Shown here: positions 27,303-42,195 of the stretch, piece by piece
Layout: each line of letters starts with the position of its first letter
How positions within the stretch are numbered: the first letter of the stretch is position 1
Source: Eledone cirrhosa
Taxonomy: Eukaryota
DNA length: 64,000 nt
NCBI GenBank assembly: GCA_964016885.1
Contig: OZ024743.1
Location: 165,540,001 to 165,604,000, forward strand
Direction of reading: 5' to 3'
Made by a program: the position numbers and the translations under genes
Notes under the pieces: generated by a model
What the model saw: the letters and a program-made list of their open reading frames with translations, nothing else
Database searches by the model: none
Told to the model about the DNA's origin: nothing

Positions 27303-29699
27303 GTTATTTTTAGACGCTAGATAGATTTAAATAATTATTAGGATATATATATATATATGTGTGGGAAGAAGAAAGAGAAAGAAAGAAAAGCTTGTATTTA
27401 CGTGAATTTAAAAAGAATTAACAGTTTGTAGGAATGGTGGAATATGATTCCAGAATTTAAAAAAATTATTTAGCTATATTATGAGTTATAATATTGTATA
27501 TATAATCAATTAGATTATATGAAGAATTATGGTTGTAAGTACATTTTATCTTATTGCATTACAATAGGTTGTAAGTATATACATATCTATATAGATTAAT
27601 AAGTCTGCAAGTATAAGTATTATTGATGATTTTATAAAAATAAACCACACATATTAATTGTTTACATTTCTAATATGAGTTACGAAGGATGTTGATTTTA
27701 CATTTTACATAAATATTTAAGAAAAAGACGTAGTTCAAATTGTAAGAGATGAACAATTTGTAGATTCAAATATTTTGCTCCAACATTGAAAATATTTTCA
27801 GAACCTTCTTAAATTAGCGAAATTATATAATTTATCATACAAGTTATCATGTCTATGTTTGTTCAATTGTAAAGGAAAAGATAACTCCAATATTATTTGC
27901 TAACCATTAAATTTGATGAATGATTTTCTTAGAAAGTATGTAGAGAAAATTATATATTAGTTTGTGTGAGATTATAAGGTATTTTATATTATATGTTTGT
28001 CAAGGATGAGAATTTCAATACATATTATTTACGTCGAAAGTTGTGTGAAAAGTTTGAAATTAAAGAGAGGAAAAAATGTATTATTAGATAAGTCAAGAGT
28101 GCATTTAGAAGAACTATCGTAAAGAGGATATCTTTCAGAATATCAATTAAAGAGTATCAATCTACATCTAAAAAATAGATTATGTAGAGTATCATTAGGA
28201 AAAGAATATCAAATGGTAAAAATACTAAATTTAAGAAGGAAGATCATTTAAAAAATTTAAATTTTTAAAGAAAAACTAATAGGATCATTTTAAAGGTGTA
28301 TAAGATATAGTCAAGTGTAATGAATATCATAGATTAAAAATGCTTCGGAAAGTGGATTTTTGGCGATGACTGCAAGAAGTTAATAATTTTGTTTTTAAAT
28401 TAATACATTTAATAGGTCCGATAAAAAATCTTCCACTTCACTTTCACATCTAATTTGGAATTTAAAGGACAACAATATAGACTATTCAATATCTTGGGTA
28501 ACGATTTGGAAAGTACCTGCATACCAAAATATGGCTTTCTCAAGAATCTGTCATTTGTGTATCGAGGAAATTTTTTATATAATTAACTGTCAAAACTATC
28601 AATTTAAAAACAGAATTATTTGCTTCTTGCAGTCATCGCCAAAAATCCACTTTCCGAAGTATTTTTAATCTATGATTACACTTGACTATATCTTATACAC
28701 CTTTAAAATGATCCTATTATTTACTGAGTTTTTCTTTAAAAATTTAAATTTTTTAAATGATCTTCCTTCTTAAATTTAGTATTTTTACCATTTGATATTC
28801 TTTTCCTAATGATACTCTACATAATCTATTTTTTAGATGTAGATTGATAATCTTTAATTGATATTCTGAAAGATATCCTCTTTACAATAGTTCTTCTAAA
28901 TGCACTCTTGACTTATCTAATAATACATTTTTTCCTCTCTTTAATTTCAAACTTTTCACACATCTTTCGACGTAAATAATATGTAATTGAAATTCTCATC
29001 CTTGAAAAACATATAATATAAAATACCTTATAATCTCACACAAACTAATATATAATTTTCTCTACATACTTTCTAAGAAAATCATTCATCAAATTTAATG
29101 GTTAGCAAATAATATTGGAGTTATCTTTTCCTTTTCAATTGAGCAACATAGACATGATAACTTGTATGATAAATTATATAATTTCGTTAAATTAAGAAGG
29201 TTCTGAAAACATTTTCAATGTTGGAGCAAAATATTTGAATCTACAAATTGTTCATCTCTTACAATTTGAACTACGTCTTTTTCTTAAATATTTATGTAAA
29301 ATGTAAAATCTACAGCCTTCGTAACTCATATTAGAAATGTAAACAATTAATATGTGTGGTTTATTTCTATAAAATCATCAATAATACTTATACTTGCACA
29401 CTTATTAATCTATATAGATATGTATATACTTACAACCTATTGTAATGCAATAAGATAAAATGTACTTACAACCATAATTCTTCATATAATCTAATTGATT
29501 ATATATACAATATTATAACTCATAATATAGCTAAATAATTTTTTTAAATTCTGGAATCATATTCCACCATTTCTACAAACTGTTAATTCTTTTTAAATTC
29601 ACGTAAATACGAGCTTTTCTTTCTTTCTCTTTCTTCTTCCTACACATACACATATATATTCTAATAATTATTTAAATCTACCTAGCGTCTAAAAATAAC
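27303..29699. repeat. 2.4-kb AT-rich inverted repeat, ~1.1-kb arms, ~190-bp spacer
   Basis: 27303-~28405 is the reverse complement of ~28598-29699 with scattered substitutions; no ORF of 60 aa or more in the track. Confidence 0.96.
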
Positions 29700-30128
29700 G
29701 TTTTTTCCAGCCCTATACCTCAACCTCATTTGCATATTCATCTTAATAATTTGAAATATTTGACTTTTCCTCTCTTTCCCTTCTTTCCTTTTACTATCCA
29801 GGAAAAACTTGAACTGTTAAGATCGCCTTCCTGGATATATCAATATTTATAACACAAACTTTGTATTTTATCTGATAAGAGCGTACCAAACTTTTGGTAC
29901 CCTTGAAATATATATAATACAATAAATATGGTTTTATAAATATAGGTTCCATTTATTTAATATCATATATATATATATTGTTATACTTTGGGAGGGTCAT
30001 GTTGCCAATAAGAAACACACGCACCAGTTGCTTTCACTTCAATTTATTATAATAAATTTATAAATTTAGGAATTTATAAATTTCTGGTTGGTTGGTTGGT
30101 TCCACAACCAGATAGTTGTTTATATATT

Positions 30129-30171
30129 GTCAAAGTTCTTTCGTCACACATTCTGTGACCTCTTCAGTGAC
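30129..30171 (-). ncRNA. Minimal hammerhead ribozyme in pLTR
   Basis: GTCA-CTGAAGA-G(GTCAC..GTGAC)-GAAA-GAAC-TT-TGAC on the minus strand. Confidence 0.8.
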
Positions 30172-33100
30172 TGGGGATTCTTTTCTTTGTTTTTGTGCCT
30201 CTCCTTTGTTCTGTCCTACGCCATTTTGTTTCTGTGTGTGTGTTGTGTGCTCAGTCTGCGCATGCGTCACATCCGGGTGTCTGAGTGTGTTTATATTTGT
30301 TTATTTATTTGTTTATTTACATGTTACCGCTTGGTTGTTTGTTCTATGTGTGTGTGTTTTCATTTTGTCCTTAATTGTAAGTTGTGATGTTGCTGTTCCA
30401 CTCATATTTTCTATTTAATTTTGGTTGTAATTCTTTTATGTTTATTGCCTCTGTGATTTGTCTAAACATTGCGTCTTTTCTGTGTGTAGATTCTAATTTT
30501 ATTTCTATGTTCTCTAATTTACCCTTATGTTCTATTTTAGCATGTTGGTAGAGTACAGATGATTCTTTACTATCTTGAAGGTCTCGCCAGTGTTCATTTA
30601 TCCGTTCCCCTACACTACGAGCTGTCTCACCTGTGTACACTATATTTTTGTCTCTACATTGTCCTTCAGTACATCTTGTGCTATACACTACATTTCTAGT
30701 TTTACAGTTAATGTGGGGGCTTATTTTACAGGTTATACATTTCTTATCTATACAGGGGGTCTTTGGAAAGGGTATGTCTTGCTACTAAGTGTTTTTACGG
30801 AGGTACCTGGTCTTTCTACTATCTTAATATTGAGTTTATGTTTATCTAGGACCCTTCTAAATTTGTAAGCTAATTCACCTCTAGGGGTTGTATCGATGAA
30901 CATTACACTCTGGTATTTATTGCTATCATACCATGAGTTTATTCTATTAGCCTTATTCCTAGTTCTTTCTATTCTATTCCAAAATTTGCTCCTATACAAG
31001 GGGCAGGTCCCATTTGTGTCATTATTTACCATTTTTTCCCATTTGGTTCTGGCTCCTCTATACACTCTGATTCTATCTCTCTGATTGTAACCAGAGAACT
31101 GCATACGGTGGATGAAGTGTTGTATGTGTCTCTCTAGTTCTTCGGGGTTGCACATGCGGGACACGTTTCTCATCACCCGTACCAAATCCGCAATCAGTAT
31201 GTTGATTTTGGTATGGTCCGAAACAGCCGAGTTTCGGTGGATCAGATGTTTGGAAGTCATGGGTTTGGCATAATGGGAATGGAGGATTTGTTTTTTGTTA
31301 TTAATGGTATCTAACCAGAGCTCTGTGTCTAGTACAGGTAATCGATGGTTGGGGTGTTTACTTGGGTAGTCTATAGTAACTCTAATACTCTGGTGGATGG
31401 AGTTAGCTATTTGCTGGATGCTTTTCATTGTGTTTTTCTCTAGTTCCTCACTTTTCTCTAGTGGGGGTGTCTTAACTACGACGTTTATATCGTCAACGTA
31501 GCGGGAGTACATTATCAGGGTTAAGGGGTCTTCTAATTGTTCTTTAAGTTTAAGTTTAAGTCTATTGTCCCACCATACCATGAATAAGTTAGCTATGTCG
31601 CATGCAATGCTAACACCAACGGCTGCTCCTTCCTCTTGGGCATATGTTTTTCCATTAAATTTGAACATATATTCCTTAAGAGTTAGTTTTATGCTGGCCC
31701 TTACCGCATGTGCAATATTTTCTTCAGTTCATCGTGGTTTTCGGGTGTCCGTATGGCTCTGGTCCACCCGTTCCATCTATCTGTGTGGGTTTTCTTGGCC
31801 ATTGAGGTAATGGTAGGTGGTCTGCCTCTTGCTGGTCGTGTAGGGCACAGGTTGCTAAGGTCATATGTGTTTAGGTAATTATTACTATAGGTAAGTTTAA
31901 GTAGGAGTCCCAGCTCACTGGTATCAATCCCACGGAACACAACATTGCTCTCACTGATCATTTCTACGCATTTCTCCACAGCAAAATCCACGTCAATAGA
32001 TAGATACAGGGACACAACATCCATACAACCTATCATGCAGTTTGTTAGGTCCCTAGATCGGTTACTCTCGCCGATTCTGCTGAGGAGGTCCTCCGTGCTG
32101 TCACATACATCTGGGGACATTTCAATGATGGGGCGTATGATCAGGGAGAGGAAGTAGGACAGTCTGTAGTTACTAGCAATGTTAGCCCCACAGACTGGCC
32201 GTGTTGGTGGTCCCGTGACAGGGTCACTGCCCGTTTTATGGTCTTTTCGAAGCCCATACAACGCCGGCACGTCGTTGTTCCAGGCCTGGAAGTTGTTGGC
32301 AGTCCTTTTGTTGGGCTGCATTATATTCGTCCACATCACCATATGGGCATTGAGGGCTTTTTCTCTATCCTCATGCTCCTGTGGTGTTACCTCTCTTGAG
32401 AGATAGAATCAGAGTGTATAGAGGAGCCAGAACCAAATGGGAAAAAATGGTAAATAATGACACAAATGGGACCTGCCCCTTGTATAGGAGCAAATTTTGG
32501 AATAGAATGGAAAGAACTAGGAATAAGGCTAATAGAATAAACTCATGGTATGATAGCAATAAATACCAGAGTGTAATGTTCATCGATACAACCCCTAGAG
32601 GTGAATTAGCTTACAAATTTAGAAGGGTCCTAGATAAACATAAACTCAATATTAAGATAGTAGAAAGACCAGGTACCTCCGTAAAAACACTTAGTAGCAA
32701 GACATACCCTTTCCAAAGACCCCCTGTATAGATAAGAAATGTATAACCTGTAAAATAAGCCCCCACATTAACTGTAAAACTAGAAATGTAGTGTATAGCA
32801 CAAGATGTACTGAAGGACAATGTAGAGACAAAAATATAGTGTACACAGGTGAGACAGCTCGTAGTATAGGGGAACGGATAAATGAACACTGGCGAGACCT
32901 TCAAGATAGTAAAGAATCATCTGTACTCTACCAATATGCTAAAATAGAACATAAGGGTAAATTAGAGAACATAGAAATAAAAATAGAATCTACACACAGA
33001 AAAGACGCAATGTTTAGACAAATCACAGAGGCAATAAACAAAAGAATTACAACCAAAATTAAATAGAAAATATGAGTGGAACAGCAACATCACAATTTAC

Positions 33101-33307
33101 AACTAAGGACAAAATGAAAACACACACACACATAGAACAAACAACCAAGCGGTAACATGTAAATAAACAAATAAATAAACAAATATAAACACACACAGAC
33201 ACCCGGATGTGGCGCATGCGCAGACTGAGCACACAACACACACACAGAAACAAAATGGCGTAGGACAGAACAAAGGAGAGGCACAAAAACAAAGAAAAGA
33301 ATCCCCA

Positions 33308-33350
33308 GTCACTGAAGAGGTCACAGAATGTGTGACGAAAGAACTTTGAC
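33308..33350 (+). ncRNA. Minimal hammerhead ribozyme in the inverted pLTR copy
   Basis: Same motif as 30129-30171, on the plus strand. Confidence 0.8.
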
Positions 33351-33542
33351 AATATATAAACAACTATCTGGTTGTGGAACCAACCAACCAACCAGAAATT
33401 TATATATTTATTATAATAAATTGAAGTGAAAGCAACTGGTGCGTGTGTTTCTTATTGGCAACATGACCCTCCCAAAGTATAACAATATCGGTTTCAACAC
33501 ACGATTTCAGATAAAGAATCTTGCTAAACAAATTCAGAAACG

Positions 33543-33621
<79 letters not shown>

Positions 33622-33633
33622 CACACACACACA

Positions 33634-35510
33634 CTCGACTTCTTTGTCGATACTTGCCGGTGTACTGTGAATCGGTTCCTTTTCCACCAGCATTCTCGTC
33701 GCTCTAACATCACGCGAACTGAGGTCTCCACAACCTTCGGTGTCGCGATGACATTGTCATCAAACCCGCTGACAAAGGTGGCGCTGTGGTGGTTTGGAGC
33801 GCTGACCTCTATGTGGCTGAGGCTCTCCGCCAGCTTCACAATACCCTTTTTTACCGCCCTTTATCCTCCGACCCCACTCCTGGCTACCAACAACTCATGT
33901 CCTCCAGCCTCCACTAGCTCATCTCCTCCTCTCACCTACCCCCCACAGCCACCAACCTTATTGTACGCACCCTTAGCACACCCACCATCTACTTCCTCCC
34001 CAAAATACACAAACAAAATTATACTGGCCGTCCTATCGTTTCTGTGTGCAACTGCCCCACCGAGATAATTTCTGAATATTTAGACACCATCCTCGCCCCG
34101 TTGGTCGGCAATCTCCCTTCCCACATCCACGATACAAATCATGCCCTTAGACTCTCCAGCATTTTTTAGATTTACCCCTTACCCCAGCACTACCACTCTT
34201 CGTATGGCTGAGCTTGTTCTCACCCTCAATGGATTTTCTTTTTCGGGGGAATTTTACCAGCATGTCTCTGGGGTAGCGATGGGAACCAGAATGGGTCCAA
34301 ACTATGCCAACTTGTTTGTTGGCTACGTCGAAGCCCAGATCTACTCCCATTACGCTGGACCGACTCCTGAGCTATACGGTCGTTATATCGACAACTGTAT
34401 CAGCGCCACCTCTCTATCACGAGAACAGCTCGACTGTTTTCTTTCTTTTGTCCAATCTTTCTATCCTGCTCTCAATTTCACCGCCTCCGTCTCCGATTCT
34501 TCTGTCGCTTTTCTAGATATCTCTCTATCTATTAATCACTCTCACCACACCCTCTCTACTTCCATCTACATTAAACCAACAGACTCCCAATCTTACCTCG
34601 ACTTCACCTCCACCCATCCAACCCACACCAAACACTCTGTACCCTATTCCCAATTCCTCCGTCTTCGTCGGCTCTGTAGCCAGGACGACGATTTCGAAAC
34701 ACATTCCCTTCGCATGGCTTCCTGCTTCATCCAGCGTGGATATCCCCCTACCTTGATCCGAGCTGCTCTCACCTATACCTGTGAAATAGACCGCGCCACA
34801 GCCCTCTCACCTCACCCCCGCCCTCCCAACACCAGTGTTCCTTTCCCTCTCACATACCACCCATCACCCTACCACTCCGGCGACAAATCCTCCGTTCCTT
34901 CCGTATCCTCTCTTCTGACCCCGTCACTTCTCGCTTTTTTCCAAACCCACCCATTACTTCTTTTAAGCGCACCCGGAACTTCCGCGACCTCCTGGTTCGC
35001 AATTCCTTTTCGTCCTCTCCCACGACTCCACCCGGCTCTCATCCTTGTTCCCGTTCCCGCTGCAACACTTGTCCCTTTATTTCCACCCTCTAACGGGTCT
35101 TTTCGTATCAGCCACCTGCACACCCACCCACGTTGTCTATGCCCTCCGGTGTTCCCTTTGCGGGTCTTTATATATCGGACAGACGGGATGCCGTATGGCG
35201 GACCGTTTTGCCGAACATTTGAGGGACATCAGACTCGGTTTGGATACTCCTGTCGCCCGTCATTTCTGTTCTCCTGGTCATTCTTCCCTACATGTCTCAG
35301 TCCTGGGCGTCGTTTTACATCATGGGTCACAGGCCTCGAGCACCAGGACTTAACAAAGTCTGATTCACCGTCTTGGGTCCTATTCCCCTCTTGGTCTCAA
35401 CTCACTTCCCCAATTTCTCTAATACCCCGTCCATTATCACACCCCTAGATTCCTATCGCTTTCTCTTGATCATTAGCAGCTTCTCTTACTACTAATACAT
35501 GCCGATACAC
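33634..35510 (+). mobile_element. Decayed Neptune-type Penelope-like element (RT plus GIY-YIG)
   Basis: KPADKGGAVV, LPKIHK, GRPIVS, GVAMGTRMGPNYANLFVG, RYIDNC, VAFLD, CSRSRCNTC and VVYALRCSLCGSLYIGQTG..MADRFAEH. Confidence 0.92.
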
Positions 35511-35517
35511 ACCCTTA

Positions 35518-36158
35518 TCTATAATATTGTAAAGTTGAGTGTCGTGTGTATGTATTATGTATGTATCCTACACACCTACCTATAGTTTCTTAGCTTTACT
35601 CTCTCCGTCGCTCTTCCCTCTCTCTATAATACATCATTCCCCCTCTCTATAATTTAACTGCTTTACTCTCTCTGTCGCTCTTCACTCTCCAATATTATAA
35701 AGCTGAGCGTCGTCTCTCTCTCTCACTCTTTCACCCTCTCTATACTTTAACTGCTTTACTCTCTGTCTCTCTTCACTCTCTATACGACAACACTCTTTTA
35801 CTTTCCGTATCTACCTTCAATATATCAACATAGAGATGAGCGTTGTATGTATGTTTATTTCAAAAGGATAAACTCCTTCAAATTCGGTCAACACACAGGC
35901 AGATAATACATACATCAAAAGAAAGCCTCTTAAAGAGACAGAGAGTGAAAGAGATAGATTAGGAAAACTACACATACACACACATCTAAAGAGAGAGAGG
36001 GGAGAGAGGAGAGACCGACAGGGAAAGAGAAACAGAAGGCGGGCAAGAAGGTAATACATACATCTAAAATCATTTGGACACAAATATCACAGAACGAAAA
36101 TACAGACAAATAAAATAATGTATGTATCCCACACACTTTTTCTGTCGTCGCTCGCATA

Positions 36159-36193
<35 letters not shown>

Positions 36194-36452
36194 TTCACAC
36201 CTGATTTCGCCAATTGCCGGATAACATCAAACCAAAACACACAGACACACACATACACATACACACATACACAAACACACATACGCATACACAAACACAC
36301 ACACACATATCTATACTTTATATGTATGTATGTATGTATGTAAGATCATTCTCCCTCTCTATAATTTAACTGCTTTACTCTCTCTGTCGCTCTTCACTCT
36401 CTACATGACAACACTGTTTTAGCTTCTGTATCTCCCTTCAATATATACACAC

Positions 36453-36499
<47 letters not shown>

Positions 36500-36620
36500 G
36501 AGAAAGATTAGGAAAACTACACACACACATCTACAGAGAGAGACAGACAAACAGAGGGAGGGGGAAAAAGAGAGATAGGCCGTTTTACAGAAAGAGATAC
36601 AATTAAAGTGTTAGTTATTC

Positions 36621-36652
<32 letters not shown>

Positions 36653-36756
36653 TCAGTCAGAAGGACAATGTGACACGGGAGGGTGTGTGGTACCTTTGAA
36701 GTGGAGTGGTGGGGGTAGGTATACCTAGCTAGGCGCCAGCCGGACGGGCCAGCTAG
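35518..36756 (+). mobile_element. Non-autonomous Helitron with internal repeated blocks
   Basis: A|TCTATAATATTGTAAAG start; GC-rich subterminal segment then CTAG|T end; duplicated CT-rich and GA-rich modules inside. Confidence 0.7.
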
Positions 36757-36838
36757 TATTAACACACTCTTTTACTCACATATACATACACATTTCTTCT
36801 TAGCTTCGTACGGACCTATAATTACACACACACACACA

Positions 36839-36967
<129 letters not shown>

Positions 36968-37207
36968 ACACACAAACTCATGCTTACGCACGTGCTCAAG
37001 TATAGCTCTTTTTACAAAACGGTTTTTCCCATTTAAGGTAGGTGCGCTCCATCATCCACTTTTCTAAAACATAAATCACACACAAAACGCCAGCATCAAC
37101 AGTTTTGCAACAGATGTCAACATGAATGGATCTGTTATCTTTATCTAAAGACATTTTTTTCAATTCCATCCCGCCCTTCCCCTCAATCTATTTTATTTCT
37201 CATTCTT

Positions 37208-37243
37208 TCTTCTGATGAAGGACTAGCGTCCGAAACGTTAAGA
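37208..37243 (+). ncRNA. Minimal type I hammerhead ribozyme, intact core
   Basis: TCTT-CTGATGA-A(GGAC TAGC GTCC)-GAAA-CG-TT-AAGA; possibly the 3' pLTR of the PLE at 33634, separated by the Helitron. Confidence 0.8.
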
Positions 37244-37330
37244 CCTTCTTTCTGCTATATCAAGCGTTAACCTAATATATACCTTCTATATACTGTACCG
37301 ATTGTGTTGTTATTTATTTCTGTTTACCTG

Positions 37331-38669
<1,339 letters not shown>

Positions 38670-39569
38670 AGAATGTGTGTGTGGAAAGCAGGGAGGAAAC
38701 AGTGTGAGAGGCAGAGTGAGAGGCAGATAGAGAGTAGAGAAAGAATATCGTTTTATCGACTTAGCTATCGCTATGAGGCAAATATAAATTAAATACTGCT
38801 AATTATTTGATTAAGTATTTGCCCAACATACGCAAGCACACACATACATATGTCACACAAACACACTCATCCACACACATACATGCACACAGTTGTGTCA
38901 TCGACACACAAATGGACATGTAATACAGTATCGTTTATGACAACAATGACGCCAGTAATTACCACAACAATAATAACTACATCAGCCACAATAACTACAA
39001 CAACAACAACAACAATGATGGTGACTACAACGATAAATACAACAACAACAATATAACAACCACAAAAACAATTTCAATAACACCGATGACGACTACGACA
39101 ATAACTGCAACAAGAACAAAGACGCCGTGCAGGGTTCAATCCAACGGCATTTTGTCTTCTAGTATAGCTGTTGAATGAAATTTGCTGGAGGGAAAATGCT
39201 GAACCCCACCACATACACACACACACACACATATATATATATATGTGTGTGTATGTGTGTGTGTGTGTCTGTCTGTATGTATGTATATATATATATATTC
39301 ATACATATATATAGGCGGGAATGTGTGTGTGTATTTATGCTTCGTTTCTTAGCGGTGTGACAAAAGAGTGATCAATACAAAATAAGTACAGGAATCGATG
39401 GTATCGTATGGTGGGATGGGGTCGCAGGGGCACGGTATTGGCCTACTCCGTTTTCTAGGCATTTTTTAATTCTGACGGAGCCCAATCCTCTCCAAGCCCG
39501 AGTACAGCAGTTTTCTTTCAGAGAAGGATAGAAAGTGGGAGAGAGGAAGCAAAAAAGAGATATAGAGGA

Positions 39570-39704
39570 AGAATCGACCCAAGCACTAGACTGGTACTGT
39601 TTTATCGACCTTTAATGGATGATGGGATTTGAACTCAGAGAGCCGTAACGAATACAACAAAGCACACTATCCGACGTTCTAACCACTCTGCCAATTCACC
39701 GCCT
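39570..39704 (-). mobile_element. Old, deleted tRNA/Meta-type SINE
   Basis: GACTGGTACTGTTTTATCGACC...GGGATTTGAACTCAGAG...CTGCCAATTCACCGCC. Confidence 0.7.
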
Positions 39705-39919
39705 TACACCGGAGTCGATAAGAAAAACTAATTTAAGACAGTCTCTCAGCATGTTCTCAATATAATGATTGAATCCAATTAAAGAATAAAACAATAAGTT
39801 GAAATAGCAACAAAAGTAAGAACAATGATAACAATCAACCATAATAACCAGCCATTTGTGTTTTGTTACATCCCAGTATGCACTGGAATGAATAGTATCA
39901 ATCTTAAAAATACAGTCCG

Positions 39920-40241
39920 TACTAACGAAGCTAAACACTTCAGAAGCAATGTTATGCGGTATATTGCTGCGTTTCAGATGTCGTCCTTTGGAACTGAAAA
40001 AGATCATACTGACTATGGTTATTTCACAACATTTAAAATCCAAGGCCAATGCTACCATTTAATTGGCAGTTACTTACTCCCCCAGCCTAATAAGAAAGTT
40101 TCATGATTTTTTTTATGTCTCTCTCTCACACATACACCCATTACGGTCTCACCTCATACCAGACAACACATCAATTACAGTCTTTTCTCTTTTATTCGTC
40201 TTCTCTTAACTGTTCCGAGCGAAGCCGGGTACCTCAGCTAA
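39920..40241 (+). mobile_element. Helitron fragment: Rep-associated N-terminal coding piece joined to the 3' terminus
   Basis: AKHFRSNVMRYIAAFQMSSFG...FTTFKIQGQCYHLIGS.LLP resembles the Helitron RepHel N-terminal motif. 3' hairpin CCGAGCGAAGCCGGG followed by CTAA|T. Confidence 0.8.
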
Positions 40242-40598
40242 TTTGTATATATATATATACACACACACATATGTATATATATATATATGCACAACATTTA
40301 TGTAATTATATCTTAGAAATATTACCGTATTTGCTGGCCTATTGGCTGCCCCTTTGTATAAGATGCCTCCCTATTTTTTTGAGAAAAAAATAATTTTAGT
40401 CATTTCTTTGTTTTGTGAACATCATTTTATATAAATTGTATTGTATTAGTAATACTAATAATAATACTAACTAAATTTTTTAAACCATGCTTTTCCCCAC
40501 CTTTCGTTCGCCCCCCCCCCCCCCCCCCCCCATCATTGATACAGGCGTATTGGGCACAGGGAAGATTGTTTTATAGGTTTTTTTCTTTATTATTAATT

Positions 40599-40787
40599 AG
40601 TGGATTGGCAGTATCGGTAGAGGGTCAGGCGCCATGCTTTGCAGCAAAGAGTTACGGCCCTTTATGGTCTGAGTTCAAATCCCGCTGAGGTTAACTTTGC
40701 CTTTCATCCTTACGGGGTCGATAAAATAAAGTACTAGTAATGCACTGGGTAATTGCTGGCCTTGTGCCAAAAGTAGAAACATTTATT
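40599..40787 (+). mobile_element. tRNA/Meta-domain SINE copy
   Basis: Nearly identical to 13115-13303. Confidence 0.88.
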
Positions 40788-41273
40788 AAATTTATGAAAA
40801 TGTAAAATTTCCCAGTTTCTATGATTGTTCATATATCCGGTAATCCTGGCATGTGGACGCTATCATTGTAATACTGAATCTCCCTGAGAATTTCATTAAG
40901 GGTGCACGTTTCTATGGAATGCTCGTCTACTTACACGTTCATTTCGTTAGCATATGTTCCGTTTATCGAACGACTTAAACACAACGTCGAAATCGACGGT
41001 GATCCATTATAATCCTGGTACATATAACATATCAACCCGGGACTCTAAAAATTAAAAACCTTCAACACCATTGCTCTCATTATTGACGGCACGGATCCAT
41101 TAGTAAAATTAATAATATTTAATCCGGGTTTAGGCGAGCCCCTCTATTGAGGTCGATAATCACATACACCCATATTATTTATCTACCTAAATCTACTGAC
41201 TATTGTAATATCACTACAATTATAGAGACTTAGTTATGGCTTTTAACACTACCACGGCGAAAAGGAAGCAGTG

Positions 41274-41620
41274 ATGGTGGTGGTGGTGGTGGTGGTGGTA
41301 GTGGTGGTGGTATTACTGGTGGTGGTCGTGACGGTGCTGGTGGTGGTGGTGGTGGTGGTGGTAGTGGTAGTGGTGTTGTTGTTGTTGCTGGTGGAGGTGG
41401 TGGTGGAGGTGGTAGTGGTGATTGTGGGGGAAGGGGGGGGGGGGGGGTAGTGGTTGTGGTGGTGGTGGTAATGGTGGTTGTGGTTATGGTGGTGTTAGTG
41501 GTGGTCGTGGCGGTGGATGTATGGTGGTGGTGGTCGTGGTAGTGGTGGATGTGGTGGTAGCGGTTGTGGTGATAGTGGTAGTGGTAGTGGTGGATATGGT
41601 GGTGGTGATACTGGTGGTTT
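41274..41620. repeat. Degenerate (GGT)n tract
   Basis: Direct reading; source of the spurious Pro/His/Val ORFs. Confidence 0.95.
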
Positions 41621-41925
41621 GGGAATCGGGAGGTGAAGGTAATTATGATTCTGATGGTAACGTTGACTTTTGTCACGATGAACAAAATTATAATTTAGAT
41701 AAAGAGAATGATTAGAATTATGCAACTATAATTACACATAGGAAGATTTAGTTTGGATCATTGGGGAAAGGAGAAGATTTATCATTTGTATAGATCACAT
41801 GATGGCTAAGTAATTAGAGTTTTTTGTGTTGTTTTTTTTTTCGTCATTGATCTAAGTATTTTTCTCTGTACTGTTTACTGTTTATATTAAGTTATCCATA
41901 AATGTTTACCTTAAACAGATACAGA

Positions 41926-41968
41926 ATGAAGAAGCTATTCGGCATTTTGTTTGTAACTGTTCTTATTG
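41926..41968 (+). CDS. First coding exon (signal peptide MKKLFGILFVTVLI) of a host secreted-protein gene
   Basis: Pyrimidine-rich acceptor ..ttaccttaaacag (41918), ATG at 41926, basic then hydrophobic peptide, donor G|gtgagt in phase 1. Confidence 0.75.
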
Positions 41969-42000
41969 GTGAGTTTAGTATTGGAATGTTTACCTTATTT

Positions 42001-42195
42001 TCATCATCATCATTACCACCACAACCAAATATCCCACCACCATCAGCACCCTCCACCTCACCACTACCGCCATCATTATCATCTTCATCACTATCTCCAT
42101 CATCGTCATCATCATCATCTTCACCCCCACCACCAACACCAATACTACTAATATCATCACCATCAACAACAACATTATCATCATCATCATCATCG
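42001..42195. repeat. Degenerate (CAT/CAC)n tract
   Basis: Direct reading. Confidence 0.95.

Larger units (their letters stand above)
29978..33545 (-). mobile_element. Young Penelope-like element (RT plus C-terminal GIY-YIG; Nematis-like by my reading) with inverted duplication of its 3' 1.1 kb
   Basis: Minus ORFs 31701-32342, 30748-31668 and 30371-30688 (MDVVSLYLSI, SRYVDD, LPVLD, YTGETAR...RINEH). 29978-31080 is the near-identical inverse of 32399-33487; (TA)n on both flanks. Confidence 0.93.
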
